Source: Balneola sp.
Lineage (GTDB): Bacteria > Bacteroidota > Rhodothermia > Balneolales > Balneolaceae
DNA: 64,000 nucleotides
NCBI GenBank assembly: GCA_048267905.1
Contig: JBLWWM010000001.1
Coordinates: 123,086 to 187,085, forward strand
Direction: 5' to 3'
Shown: one piece after another, positions 27,226 to 37,650 of the stretch
How positions within the stretch are numbered: the stretch's first letter is position 1
Layout of the letters: every line of letters starts with the position of its first letter
The notes under the pieces: generated by a model
Seen by the model: the letters and a program-made list of their open reading frames with translations, nothing else
The model's database searches: none
What the model was told of the DNA's origin: nothing
Program-made: the position numbers and the translations under genes

Positions 27226-28374
27226 CTAAAACCCGTGCAAGTTAATTTCCTCGGCATTAACTCTAGTTATTGGTTTACCAACTTTTTTCTCGATAACTGC
27301 AAAATGTTGTTCTTCATTAGGTGTAATTAAAGAAATGGCAACTCCTGTAGACTCACTTCTTCCCGTTCTACCAATTCTGTGAATATAATCTTTTGGGGAA
27401 CGAGGAAGTTCATAATTGATAACATGAGGAAGGTATTGGACATCGATACCACGAGAGAGTAGATCCGTAGTTACAAGAACGCGAAGATGTCCAATTTTGA
27501 ATGAATTTAATGCACCTGTTCGGTACTGCATGCTTTTCTTACCATGTATAGCTTTTGCTTCAATTCCATTTTTTGAAAGCTTATTAGCTACTGAATCAGC
27601 TTTTTTACCGGAAGAAGTAAATACGAGCACTTGCTTCATTTTTTGCTCGGTAATAAGATAACGCAATAAGGGACCTTTTTTTTCTTCTGAAATGAAATAA
27701 GCCAGCTGTTCAATCAAGTCTATCTCATCGGCGCCTTCTTTTGGGGCTACATTAATAACTTCTGGCTGGTGCAATAGAAACTGATGGATTGCTTTAACAT
27801 CATCGTTTAAAGTAGCAGAGAACAATAGATTTTGGCGCTTATTAGGCAACAAAGCGAACACTTTATTCATCTCTTCAGTGAAACCCAAATTCAGCATTTT
27901 ATCAGCTTCATCTAGCACTAAAGTACGTACATCTGAAAGATGAACCGCTTTTGATTCAATCAAATCAAGTAAACGTCCTGGTGTGGCAACAAGAACATCT
28001 ACGCCTTGTAAAGCCATCATTTGAGGATTGATGGAAACTCCACCAAAAACAGCCAGTGTTTTAACGCGTTGAGGTAAACCTGTAAGAAAAGCACGAAAAG
28101 TTTCATTTACCTGAACGGCAAGTTCGCGCGTAGGAACCAACACCAACACACTAATATGTCGGTTTTTTTCAGAGCGTTTAAACTGCAATTGCGTTAGAAT
28201 GGGCAATACAAAACTAGCTGTTTTACCAGAGCCAGTTTTTGCGATTCCTAACACATCTTTATTAGCCAACACTGCAGGAATAGCCTGTTCTTGAATAGGA
28301 GTTGGTTCTTTATAGTTTTGTGAAGCTAAAGAACGTAATAACGGTTCAGATAAACCTAAGGAAGAAAAGGACAT
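27226..28374 (-). CDS. DEAD-box RNA helicase (RhlE-like)
   Basis: Q motif PTPIQ, AKTGSGKT, PTRELA, TPGRL, DEAD, SAT, RGID, HRIGRTGR; ATG at 28374. Confidence 0.95.
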   Translation of the reverse strand: MSFSSLGLSEPLLRSLASQNYKEPTPIQEQAIPAVLANKDVLGIAKTGSGKTASFVLPILTQLQFKRSEKNRHISVLVLVPTRELAVQVNETFRAFLTGLPQRVKTLAVFGGVSINPQMMALQGVDVLVATPGRLLDLIESKAVHLSDVRTLVLDEADKMLNLGFTEEMNKVFALLPNKRQNLLFSATLNDDVKAIHQFLLHQPEVINVAPKEGADEIDLIEQLAYFISEEKKGPLLRYLITEQKMKQVLVFTSSGKKADSVANKLSKNGIEAKAIHGKKSMQYRTGALNSFKIGHLRVLVTTDLLSRGIDVQYLPHVINYELPRSPKDYIHRIGRTGRSESTGVAISLITPNEEQHFAVIEKKVGKPITRVNAEEINLHGF

Positions 28375-28462
28375 AAATGTGTGCAAAGAAAGTTAGAGTA
28401 ATTACTTAGATGAATATACTTAGTTTTGATGGTTACTTTGGTATGTAAATTTTTTGGGGAGG

Positions 28463-28560
28463 GAATTATGAATTGAAGGGGAGAATTGAGAATTAATAAT
28501 TCAAAATTAAGAATTGGGGGGAAGGGAATTATGGATTATGAATTTTAGATTATGAATTGT
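28463..28560. repeat. Degenerate heptamer tandem repeat tract (consensus about GAATTAT)
   Basis: GAATTAT GAATTGA ... GAATTGA GAATTAA TAATTCA AAATTAA GAATTGG ... GAATTAT GGATTAT GAATTTT AGATTAT GAATTGT, interrupted by G/A-rich spacers. Confidence 0.8.
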
Positions 28561-28679
28561 AGGGGCAGGATGTAAATGTTTATAACTAAAATTTCACCCT
28601 GAATACTAATTACTCAATTCGAATCTCTTATATTGGATGGGCTTCTTTATTTAAACCATCATCTAACTTATTACCGCTT

Positions 28680-29216
28680 ATGAAATTCTTTGTACTGATT
28701 TCCGCCATATTATGTTCTTTATCTGCTTCACTTCTTGCACAAGAAGCTCAGTTCCCCATTATAAAGGGCTTTGGTGGAATTTATGAAATTCAGAATGCGG
28801 TGTTACCAAGTCCTGATATGGAATATAAAATCGTGATAGATCTTAAAACGCTTCAGAGAGATAAGGAAAGCTTAAATCCTGGCTTAAATAATGTAGCGCG
28901 CATGATAAACTTACACGGACTGGGTGGAGTTAAGGCCGAGAATCTAAAAGTAGCGGTAGTTATTCATGGCGGCGCAACTGATGTAATTCTTAACAACGAA
29001 GCGTATAAGAAACGGTATGAACTGGATAATCCAAATATCGAGCTAATAGCTACTTTGAAGAAAGCAGGTGTTGAAGTATTTGTATGTGGACAATCTCTAC
29101 TGGGGCGAAAATATGCTCATAGTGAAGTGAATAGCGATGTAAAAATCGGACTTTCTATGCTTACCGTTTTTACAACTTATATGCACAAAGGATATCAACC
29201 CTTAGTTTTTAATTAA
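28680..29216 (+). CDS. Exported DsrE/DsrF-family protein
   Basis: Signal peptide; VARMINLHG, VAVVIHG, NPNIELI..L..AGVEVFVCGQS. Confidence 0.85.
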   Translation: MKFFVLISAILCSLSASLLAQEAQFPIIKGFGGIYEIQNAVLPSPDMEYKIVIDLKTLQRDKESLNPGLNNVARMINLHGLGGVKAENLKVAVVIHGGATDVILNNEAYKKRYELDNPNIELIATLKKAGVEVFVCGQSLLGRKYAHSEVNSDVKIGLSMLTVFTTYMHKGYQPLVFN

Positions 29217-30283
29217 TCTTTTAGAGAAATAGTAAAGGTTGTGCCTTTATTGAGTTCGCTATCAACACTTATTTTACCACCCAAGCTTGTTACATGGCTG
29301 TGAACTAAGTAAAGCCCAATGCCTTTGCTATCGCTATGATTCCCAAATTTCTGATGGAGCCCAAAGAGTTTATCAGCAACTTTCTCCATATCAAAACCAA
29401 TTCCGTTGTCGGTATAGATTAATTGCTTTTTGTCACCTTCTACACGAGTGGCAATAGTAATCAGTGGCGAATGGTTGGGGTTCGCATATTTAATTGAGTT
29501 GGTGATCAAATTCAAAAAGATGCTATCGAGATATGCTTTATTGAAATGAATGGTTTCAAAAACCGAAAAGTCGGTATTAATTGTGGTGTTGGAATGATGT
29601 ATTAGTGCTCGAATTGAATATTTAATACGAGTTACTGTTTCTTCTAAGCTTAAATATTCAATAGGGATGGTAAGTTCATCGGTACTACTCAAAACATCCA
29701 CATAGTTATTAAGGGATAATTTAAGCCCCTCTGCCGCCGACCTAAGAATTTCTAACAGTTCGAGCGTTTCTTTGTTTTCTATAGTGCTCGTATCAATTAA
29801 GCTAAAAGCAGAAATCAAACTACTAACTGGCGACCTTAAATCATGAGAGGTAGTATAAGTAAGCTGCTTTAAATGCTGGTTCATCCTAGAAAGATTAGAG
29901 AGAAGTATATTTCGTTCTTCCTCAAGTTTCTTTTTGTAGGTGATATTTTTTGCAATCGCATAAATAAGTTGCTCATTTTCAAGCGGCATCGATGTCCATG
30001 CCAACCAAACTATATCTCCACTTTTAGTAACATACCTATTTTCATAATTGAGTAAAGGAGTTCCTTTAATAAGGTTTTCTCGATGCTTCCCTGTCAATTC
30101 TATATCGTCCTTATACATAAAATAGTCTATAGGTCGAGATAATAACTCTTTCATAGAGTAACCTAAAAGATTAGAAACCGCTGGATTAACCCTTTTGAAA
30201 TACCCATCATAACCAGCAATACATAATAAATCTGGTGATAATTTGAAAAAATACTCTGAATCTAAAACTTGTTCATTACCCAT
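29213..30283 (-). CDS. PAS-domain sensor histidine kinase (cytoplasmic, orphan)
   Basis: PAS (FKRVNPA..LLGYS), H-box SHDLRSP, N-box NLITNSIKY, DNGIGFD, GIGLYLV. Confidence 0.93.
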   Translation of the reverse strand: MGNEQVLDSEYFFKLSPDLLCIAGYDGYFKRVNPAVSNLLGYSMKELLSRPIDYFMYKDDIELTGKHRENLIKGTPLLNYENRYVTKSGDIVWLAWTSMPLENEQLIYAIAKNITYKKKLEEERNILLSNLSRMNQHLKQLTYTTSHDLRSPVSSLISAFSLIDTSTIENKETLELLEILRSAAEGLKLSLNNYVDVLSSTDELTIPIEYLSLEETVTRIKYSIRALIHHSNTTINTDFSVFETIHFNKAYLDSIFLNLITNSIKYANPNHSPLITIATRVEGDKKQLIYTDNGIGFDMEKVADKLFGLHQKFGNHSDSKGIGLYLVHSHVTSLGGKISVDSELNKGTTFTISLKD

Positions 30284-30388
30284 TCTATTCTTGCCCTTCT
30301 CCCGGATCCATTTTTTTATACTCCCAATATAATGTAAAAGATAGGTGTATTTGTTGTTCTCAGCAAAAAAAAATAGTGTTAATGCACT

Positions 30389-31057
30389 TTAGACTTTTAC
30401 AAGTCTTACAATTGTATAAGGACGCTGAATATCTGCTCCTTCGTGGCTGGTTACAATCTCTGTGTTATTAATTGGTTCTAAGATGTCAAAATCAGTATCA
30501 GTTGAAATATTCTTAATTCGATCTATATCAAAAAATTCAAAATTGAATGAAGTAAAAGGTAAATCAGCCATAAACTCTTTATGAATAAATGTGATGCAAC
30601 ACAAACCGTTTGGTTTAAGAATACGGTAAAATTCTTGAAGCATAAGTTTAGGGTTTTCCCAGAAATAGATGGTGTTCACTGTAAATATTTTATTGAAATA
30701 TTCATCAGCAAAAGGGATAGGAAGCTTATCATATAGTTTAAATGATGCCTTGCCTGAATTTATTAAATTTGAGTTAATTCTGAGGGCTTCTGCGTTCATT
30801 AGTGGTGAAATATCCAACCCCGTATAGATGAGTTCATCCTCTATCTGAAAGAGGGTTGACAAATGCATCGCATTACCATGACCAAGTTCAAGAATGGAAT
30901 CCTTTTTTTGGATATTTAGTGAATGGATAGTTTTTGAAGTCATACCAGAATTGGTTTCGTTCATAGCATGAGCAATTTCAATTCCTTTTCCACCTGACGG
31001 ACATCGTAACTGTTTCGCAATTTCTTTGAAATTTTCTGAAAGGGTATGTTTAGACAT
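30389..31057 (-). CDS. Class I SAM-dependent methyltransferase
   Basis: QLRCPSG, ILELGHG, YTGLDIS, FNKIFTVNTIYFW, RILKPNG. Confidence 0.88.
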   Translation of the reverse strand: MSKHTLSENFKEIAKQLRCPSGGKGIEIAHAMNETNSGMTSKTIHSLNIQKKDSILELGHGNAMHLSTLFQIEDELIYTGLDISPLMNAEALRINSNLINSGKASFKLYDKLPIPFADEYFNKIFTVNTIYFWENPKLMLQEFYRILKPNGLCCITFIHKEFMADLPFTSFNFEFFDIDRIKNISTDTDFDILEPINNTEIVTSHEGADIQRPYTIVRLVKV

Positions 31058-31080
31058 TGTTATACAAATAGATTTATAGC

Positions 31081-31932
31081 TTATTGTACATTTTCAAGAA
31101 CATACTTTCTATCCATATCCTTCAATAAACGCCCAGCTTTAGTATGGATAGAGTGGTAGAATAGTAACACAGCATTTTCTTCATACGCTTGCCTAAGAAG
31201 TAATGTTTTTGCCTTTTTAGCTTCTAAAGGATGTGTATGGTTTTGCTTGGCATCATAATGATTTAGATGAAGTTCTGATGGGACTAAATCACCTAAAAAG
31301 TACGCGGTTTCTCCTGCATCTTGGATTTTCACTATTTGATGCCCTGGCGTGTGACCTCCTGTTCTAATTAGAAATACTCCGGGAATAATTTCGAAAATGG
31401 CGTCAGTAATAAATACTATTTTTTCATTGGCAGCGAGTCTATAAAGTTCATCGAGATTATAAAAATCGCCCATTAACTGGTTTTCATCCTCAACTCTACT
31501 TAAGGCAAATACCCACTCTAGCTTTTGCACAAAGTAATTGGCATAACTCATTGTTGGCTCGGTCTTTATAGATTGATTTACAAAAGTAGACCCAGCAGAG
31601 TGATCAAAATGTAAGTGTGTAAGTACTACATGAGTAATATCATGAGGAACGAGCCCAAAAATATCAAGATTCGTTTTTAAGTTGGAAGTATTAGAATAGG
31701 AGCTGTTAGTATCTAGGCCCCAACCCAATCCTGTATCAATCAAGATATTATGTTTTCCATCTCTTATGAGAATGGGGTCTATGCCAATAGCAGTTGTAAG
31801 ATGTGCTAATTCTGGAGCAAGAGTTTCCGGTTTTGTAATTGAATTACTTTCTACTTTGTGAAAAGTATTATCATCAAAAACCTTGAAAATTCCTTCACTT
31901 AAATGTTCTATCTCAAAGCGACCAATCTTCAT
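31081..31932 (-). CDS. MBL-fold metallo-hydrolase (YtnP-like)
   Basis: ILIDTGLG, THLHFDHSAG (HxHxDH), GGHTPGHQ, FLGDLVP; probable start ATG at 31932. Confidence 0.88.
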   Translation of the reverse strand: MKIGRFEIEHLSEGIFKVFDDNTFHKVESNSITKPETLAPELAHLTTAIGIDPILIRDGKHNILIDTGLGWGLDTNSSYSNTSNLKTNLDIFGLVPHDITHVVLTHLHFDHSAGSTFVNQSIKTEPTMSYANYFVQKLEWVFALSRVEDENQLMGDFYNLDELYRLAANEKIVFITDAIFEIIPGVFLIRTGGHTPGHQIVKIQDAGETAYFLGDLVPSELHLNHYDAKQNHTHPLEAKKAKTLLLRQAYEENAVLLFYHSIHTKAGRLLKDMDRKYVLENVQ

Positions 31933-32137
31933 AGAGTTAGATTTATTGTTAATCGTCAAAGACGATAGGCTTAAGATTATGTAATTCCGTATAAATTAGT
32001 AATTATATCCTAAGACGCAATTATTAAGTATTCTAGAAATTTATATTTCGAATAGGTTACAAAACCAAGCTTTAGATGAGTTGGTTACGTATTTTTAAAG
32101 CTTATAATGTGTAAGTAAGACTAAGGATATTACTAAA

Positions 32138-33193
32138 ATGCGATCTGAGATTATCGTTCATAAGTCATCTATTGATGCAAATTTTGAAGCCATTAAACGT
32201 AGACTAAAGCCTGGTGTTAAGGTTATGGCTGTTGTAAAAGACAACGCCTATGGACATGGATTGGTAGAGTTTGCTACTCACATTCAAAGGGAAACGGATT
32301 GGTTTTGTGTTGTTAGGGTAGAGGAGGGTATAATACTTAGAGAAGCGGGAATAACGAACCCCATATTGGTTTTTGAAGTGCCTAACGCAGAAAGAGCACC
32401 TCTATATCCAAAATATGATTTAACAGCCACAGTGGCTGATATTACTGGTTTTGAGCTTCTTGAAGAAGGAACTTCTTACCACATAAATTTTGATACAGGA
32501 ATGAAGCGCCTTGGTATGTATTCCAGTCAAATTCCTGCGGTGTTAGAGCAAGTTAAATTGAATCCCAAAATACATTGTACAGGCATTTACACTCATTATG
32601 CAAACTCTGATGTAGAAGAGGGTAACACGGTAGCCGAGCAATTAAATTTATTTACAAATATTCGGAGTAATTTCCCCTCAGAATTAATGACTCATACCGC
32701 TAATTCTGGAGCTATTTTCTATCATACCGAGAAAAATGTACACTTTGATGCAGTAAGGCCAGGTATTAGTCTTTATGGATATGCTCCTGGTGACGAGGCT
32801 ATACCTGATCTTAACTCTGTAATAGATTGGAAGTCGTATTTTATGCAGGCCAAAAAAATAAAGAAAGGAGAGGCCGTAAGTTATGGTTGTATTTGGAAAG
32901 CGCCGAAAGATGGATGGATTGGGACGGTACCTGTTGGATATAGTGATGGTATTCCAAGAATATTAGGAAGTCAGATTCAGCTTATGAAAGGAAACGAGCT
33001 TTTGCAGCAAGTCGGAAGAGTGACCATGGATTATATCATGGCGTTTTCTGAGAAAGAAATTCAACTTGGTGAGGAAGTATTTCTTTTCAATCGAAAAGAA
33101 TTGACCCCGAACGAATGGGCGACAAAATCTGGCACAATTTCTTATGAAATTACTACCAGATTAAATCAGAGGACAAAGCGATTTTACGTTTAA
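32138..33193 (+). CDS. alr: Alanine racemase
   Basis: VVKDNAYGHG (PLP Lys), DTGMKRLG, VRPGISLYG, VGYSDG, GRVTMD, SYEI. Confidence 0.96.
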   Translation: MRSEIIVHKSSIDANFEAIKRRLKPGVKVMAVVKDNAYGHGLVEFATHIQRETDWFCVVRVEEGIILREAGITNPILVFEVPNAERAPLYPKYDLTATVADITGFELLEEGTSYHINFDTGMKRLGMYSSQIPAVLEQVKLNPKIHCTGIYTHYANSDVEEGNTVAEQLNLFTNIRSNFPSELMTHTANSGAIFYHTEKNVHFDAVRPGISLYGYAPGDEAIPDLNSVIDWKSYFMQAKKIKKGEAVSYGCIWKAPKDGWIGTVPVGYSDGIPRILGSQIQLMKGNELLQQVGRVTMDYIMAFSEKEIQLGEEVFLFNRKELTPNEWATKSGTISYEITTRLNQRTKRFYV

Positions 33194-33197
33194 AAAA

Positions 33198-33683
33198 TTA
33201 CTTTACAATTAATTCGAGTTGAATGTCGAAAATTAAAGTATCGTTTTGTAATGTACTTCCTGAGCTATTGCCATAACCAAGGCTCGGAGGGATAATAAGT
33301 ATCTTTTTTTCGCCTTCTTTCATGCCCAAAAGACCTTCTTTGAATCCCTCAATAACACTAGTAACCGTTAATTGAGAAGAAGAAGTACTGCTATTTTTGA
33401 ACGAACTATCAAAAACATCGCCATTGGTTTTTCGCCCTGTATAGAACACCAAAACATCATCAACAATATTTACAGTAAAGGGACCGCTTCCGTTTTCTAG
33501 CGTGTATGTAATTAAGCCTGAGTCGCTAGTATCTGGGGTGATTCCCACAGTTGAATAAGGGTCTGGAACTGTTGAAAAATCATCTTCATAATAATAGGAA
33601 CTTGTCCCATCACCACAACTAATTGTAACAAAGAAAAACGTAGTAATAAGGGTAAAGGCTTTAATTCTATTTAATCTCATCAA
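33198..33683 (-). CDS. FKBP-type peptidyl-prolyl isomerase lipoprotein
   Basis: Lipobox-like ISC, YTGRKTNGDVFDSS, VIEGFKEGLLGM, IPPSLGYG. Confidence 0.9.
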   Translation of the reverse strand: MMRLNRIKAFTLITTFFFVTISCGDGTSSYYYEDDFSTVPDPYSTVGITPDTSDSGLITYTLENGSGPFTVNIVDDVLVFYTGRKTNGDVFDSSFKNSSTSSSQLTVTSVIEGFKEGLLGMKEGEKKILIIPPSLGYGNSSGSTLQNDTLIFDIQLELIVK

Positions 33684-33822
33684 TTCTTGAAAAAGTTCGT
33701 ATTTATTTAAAATCGGTATAATTCAGATTAGGTAACTTCTCTAGAGGTTTTTTATTTCATAACCTGAGTTTTAAATATAACGCTTGCTATGGTTAAAAAC
33801 CTCTATCTAGTAGAGCTTCCAT

Positions 33823-34674
33823 TTAATCTTCTTTTTCTTCCTCACCAAAGGCTATTCTAAGTTTTTTTTCACGTCGTTTAACTGAAATTTTACTCACCCA
33901 GATAGAAAATTCGTACAGAAAAGTAAGAGGCAAAGCTATTAAAACTTGAGAAATTGGATCCGGAGGGGTTAATAGTGCTGCTAAAACCAAACAGAATACA
34001 ATAGAGTGGCGTCTATATTTTCTCAAAAAAGCAGGTGTTACTAACCCAATACTTGAAAGTGAGTAACTTATAACTGGAATTTGAAAAATAAGCCCACAAG
34101 AAAGAACCCAAGTTGCTAGAGAACTGAAGTATGCGTTGATATCAAAATCATTTCTAATTACATCTGAAATCTGAAATTGAGAGAAAAATTGCAACGCAAA
34201 TGGAACTAAAACTAGGTAGCCAAACGAGACGCCAACTAAGAAGAAAAAAGTAATGAAAAATGCAGAAAAGAAAGTTTTCCTCTTGGTGGTTGTCTCAAAG
34301 GCAGGCTCAACGAAAGACCAAATTTGATATATAAATATCGGTGACGCGATTATAAAACCAATAATAAAGAGCATTCCCCACATAGTAAAAAACTGTCCCG
34401 GAAGCTTTCTACTTTGCAGAGTAATGTCGATAGCGTCTAATCGAAGAAAATCATAAACAAAAAATGATGCGTGAGTTGGTCCTAGCAATACTTTGTCTAA
34501 AAAGAAATCCTTATAGAAATAAGCCACAACAACCCCAACCCCAATGGCAATAAGACCTTTAACAAGGCGCCATCGTAACTCTTCAAGATGGTCCAAAAAT
34601 GACATGTCTGTGACAGGATCTTTGGGCTTGCTTGCCTTTGGCGGAATTTTGGGCATTACTTGGCGTTCTTGCAA
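33823..34674 (-). CDS. tatC: Twin-arginine translocase subunit TatC
   Basis: MSFLDHLEELRWRL, YQIWSFVEPA, FQIP, LTPPDPISQ. Confidence 0.96.
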   Translation of the reverse strand: MQERQVMPKIPPKASKPKDPVTDMSFLDHLEELRWRLVKGLIAIGVGVVVAYFYKDFFLDKVLLGPTHASFFVYDFLRLDAIDITLQSRKLPGQFFTMWGMLFIIGFIIASPIFIYQIWSFVEPAFETTTKRKTFFSAFFITFFFLVGVSFGYLVLVPFALQFFSQFQISDVIRNDFDINAYFSSLATWVLSCGLIFQIPVISYSLSSIGLVTPAFLRKYRRHSIVFCLVLAALLTPPDPISQVLIALPLTFLYEFSIWVSKISVKRREKKLRIAFGEEEKED

Positions 34675-34685
34675 AATAGCTTATC

Positions 34686-35984
34686 CTAAGCGGTTACAAA
34701 GTCATAAAGGGGAAACTTTTCGCAAAGTTCTTTAACCTGCGAAGTTACCTTTTGATGAATACTCTCATCGGTAGGATTTTGTAAAACCGTATCTACAAGC
34801 ACAGCAATTTGTTCAAAATCAGCTTCTTTTAATCCTCGAGTAGTCATTGCTGGCGAACCAATTCTTATACCAGAAGTTACAAATGGGCTTTCGGTGTCGA
34901 ATGGAACCATGTTTTTGTTAACAGTAATTGCAGCTTTACCTAGAGCTTCTTCTGCAATTTTTCCGTTTAAACCTTTGTTTCGCAGATCAATCAAGATTAA
35001 GTGATTATCAGTACCACCACTCACAATATTATATCCGAGTTCTGTGAATTTGTTTGCTAGCGCTTTTGCATTAGCAAGTACTTGAGTTTGGTAGGTTGTG
35101 AAATCACTTTGAAGAGCTTCGCCATAAGCAACGGCTTTAGCGGCAATAATGTGCATGAGCGGTCCACCTTGCGTGCCTGGGAAAACTGCAGAGTCTAAAA
35201 GTTCACTCCAGTTTTTTGTACGTCCAGATTTTGGAGCAATTACACCAAGTGTGTTTTCGCCATCTTTCCCGAGAAGAATCATACCGCCTCTAGGGCCACG
35301 TAAGGTTTTGTGAGTGGTAGTTGTTACTACATGTGCATGAGGGAGTGGATTTTTTAAGTGCTTGGTAGCAATTAATCCTGCTGTGTGCGCCATATCCATC
35401 CATAGGAAAGCACCAACTTCGTCGGCAATACTTCTAAAAGCTTCATAATCGTAATCTCTAGAATAAGCAGAAGCACCAATTGAAATCATTTTTGGTTTTA
35501 CAGCTTTAGCCTTTTCTCGGATTTTGTTCATATCCAATCGCCCCGTCTCTTTTTCAACGCCATAAAATTCTGGTTTAAAGTAAATCCCAGAAAAATTAAC
35601 AGGGGAACCGTGAGTAAGGTGCCCACCATGAGAAAGGTCAAAACCCAATAGAGTCTCACCGGGTTTCATAAAAGCGAGGTAAACTGCGGCATTAGCAGAA
35701 GCACCTGAGTGTGGTTGAACGTTTACCCAATCAGCATTAAACAACTTTTTTGCTCGATCTCTTGCAATGTCCTCTACTATATCTACAACTTCACAGCCAC
35801 CATAATATCGTTTACCAGGATAACCTTCGGCGTATTTGTTGGTAAGAACACTTCCAGAGGCTTCCATCACAGCACGTGAAGTGAAATTCTCTGAAGCAAT
35901 GAGTTCTAGATTTAGGTTTTGGCGGTCAGTTTCCTTTTCGAGAAGTTCAAAAATGGCTGGGTCTAATTCTTTGATGGGCTTCAT
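34686..35984 (-). CDS. glyA: Serine hydroxymethyltransferase
   Basis: [48 protein letters not shown]. Confidence 0.99.
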   Translation of the reverse strand: MKPIKELDPAIFELLEKETDRQNLNLELIASENFTSRAVMEASGSVLTNKYAEGYPGKRYYGGCEVVDIVEDIARDRAKKLFNADWVNVQPHSGASANAAVYLAFMKPGETLLGFDLSHGGHLTHGSPVNFSGIYFKPEFYGVEKETGRLDMNKIREKAKAVKPKMISIGASAYSRDYDYEAFRSIADEVGAFLWMDMAHTAGLIATKHLKNPLPHAHVVTTTTHKTLRGPRGGMILLGKDGENTLGVIAPKSGRTKNWSELLDSAVFPGTQGGPLMHIIAAKAVAYGEALQSDFTTYQTQVLANAKALANKFTELGYNIVSGGTDNHLILIDLRNKGLNGKIAEEALGKAAITVNKNMVPFDTESPFVTSGIRIGSPAMTTRGLKEADFEQIAVLVDTVLQNPTDESIHQKVTSQVKELCEKFPLYDFVTA

Positions 35985-35993
35985 TAATGAGAG

Positions 35994-36437
35994 TTACTTT
36001 TGTGTTAATGATTCGATTTTATTTACTCGGCGTTCGTGGCGACCGCCCTCAAACTGCGTGCTAAACCACGATTCTAGAATTTCTTGTAGTTGGTTTTCAT
36101 TCAACTCTCGTCCTGGCAAGCACATAATATTAGCATTATTATGTAAGCGAGTCATCTGGGCAACTTCAGGATTATATACTAGAGCTGCGCGTACTTTTGA
36201 GTACTTATTAGCTGTCATGCACACGCCTTGGCCACTTCCACAAACCAAAATGCCTTGTTCAAATTCTGAATTATTAATACGTTCTGCTACTTGAATTGCA
36301 AAATCAGGATAATCAACAGAATCTTCGGAGTGAGTTCCAAAATCAACGGGTGTGTGTCCCATTTTTTCCAGTAATTTAACTGTTATTTCTTTTGCTGGAA
36401 AACCTGCGTGATCGCTTGCGATAGGAATAATCATCAA
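35994..36437 (-). CDS. rpiB: Ribose-5-phosphate isomerase B
   Basis: ASDHAG, VDYPD, CGSGQG, HNNAN, FEGGRHERR. Confidence 0.96.
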   Translation of the reverse strand: MMIIPIASDHAGFPAKEITVKLLEKMGHTPVDFGTHSEDSVDYPDFAIQVAERINNSEFEQGILVCGSGQGVCMTANKYSKVRAALVYNPEVAQMTRLHNNANIMCLPGRELNENQLQEILESWFSTQFEGGRHERRVNKIESLTQK

Positions 36438-36534
36438 GAATGATTTTGGTGAGTAGTTGAGTCCTAAATATCTCTAAATTTTACCTTAGATTAAAGCACA
36501 GAAACCAATTCCAATCTAAAATCTGCCAAATACC

Positions 36535-37347
36535 TTGAGTTACCTTAAAGAACTAGATGTTGCCAAGTCTGCTGCCAATAAAGCAGCCACTATAATTCGT
36601 GAATTTGCAAACAACGAAGAGTTTAAGATTAACCTGAAAGGGAAGAATGATTTAGTGACAGATGCTGATTTGGCTTCAGAGAAAACAATTATTGAAGTTA
36701 TTAAGACGGCTTTTCCTGACGACCTCATCCTTGCGGAAGAATCATCCCATTATAAGTCCCTTCCTTCAGAGCGAATTTGGATTATCGATCCTATTGATGG
36801 TACCACGAATTTTGCGCATGGTTTCCCTGTTTATTGCGTTTCTATTGCTCTTTGGGAAAATGGAGAACCAAAAGTTGGCTTAGTTCATGAGGTTGCCCAT
36901 GACGAATTATTTTGGGCTGTTGAAGGGCAAGGAGCTTGGTTTAATGGCAAACAGATTAAAATATCGGGTATTACAGATCCATCCGAATCGCTAATTGGAA
37001 CGGGATTTCCTTATAACAATTTAGATTTGGTTGAGAATTATCTAGAGCTTTTTAAAGTGATGATGGATAAAACGCATGGAGTAAGACGCCCTGGTTCCGC
37101 CGCTTGGGATTTATGTAATGTAGCCTGTGGTCGCATTGAAGGATTCTACGAATATGGGTTAAGTCCTTGGGATGTTGCAGCTGGTACTCTCATCATAAAA
37201 GAAGCGGGTGGCGTAATTTTTGATTGGAAAGGTGAGCAAAACTGGCTTTTTGGTCAACGTATTGTTGCTGGCAATAAACCAATATGTGACTTTCTACTCA
37301 CTGAAATTGGAGAATGCTTTACTGAAGAGATGTTGAGTTTGGATTGA
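36535..37347 (+). CDS. suhB: Inositol monophosphatase family protein
   Basis: DLVTDAD, AEE, WIIDPIDGTTNFAHG, RRPGSAA, PWDVAAG. Confidence 0.9.
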   Translation: MSYLKELDVAKSAANKAATIIREFANNEEFKINLKGKNDLVTDADLASEKTIIEVIKTAFPDDLILAEESSHYKSLPSERIWIIDPIDGTTNFAHGFPVYCVSIALWENGEPKVGLVHEVAHDELFWAVEGQGAWFNGKQIKISGITDPSESLIGTGFPYNNLDLVENYLELFKVMMDKTHGVRRPGSAAWDLCNVACGRIEGFYEYGLSPWDVAAGTLIIKEAGGVIFDWKGEQNWLFGQRIVAGNKPICDFLLTEIGECFTEEMLSLD

Positions 37348-37454
37348 TTGGTGTATGATTTACAAATATTACTTCGGAATTCTAGTTCACTTGGTAAATG
37401 TAGCAGGGTAATGCCTGTAGATGTCAGTTAATTTGTTGACAGATTTAATAAACA

Positions 37455-37532
37455 AAACAACGCTCGCAGTCATCCTGAATTTATTTCAGGGTCTTTGTGG
37501 GGACTCGATGCTAAATGCCAAATCATTCCAAT
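37455..37532. repeat. REP-like repeat, third family member
   Basis: AAACAACGCTC (as at 3005-3015), then GTCATCCTGAA-TTTAT-TTCAGGGTCT, then AATCATTCCAAT (as at 3239-3250). Confidence 0.7.
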
Positions 37533-37650
37533 CATCAGAGCCCCCAACTTGAATTCTCTGTGATAATAGACAGTAACTTTATAAATCACTATTATTCAAA
37601 GGCTAGGGTTATTTGTATGTTGAACAGTCTTACCCTATATAGGAGCTACT

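Noticed and set aside
35836-36294. Antisense or alternative-frame ORFs in the track (e.g. 522-968, 35836-36294, 49336-49797, 50922-51299, 52431-52802)
   Set aside because: They are shadows of well-supported genes and have no recognisable motifs.
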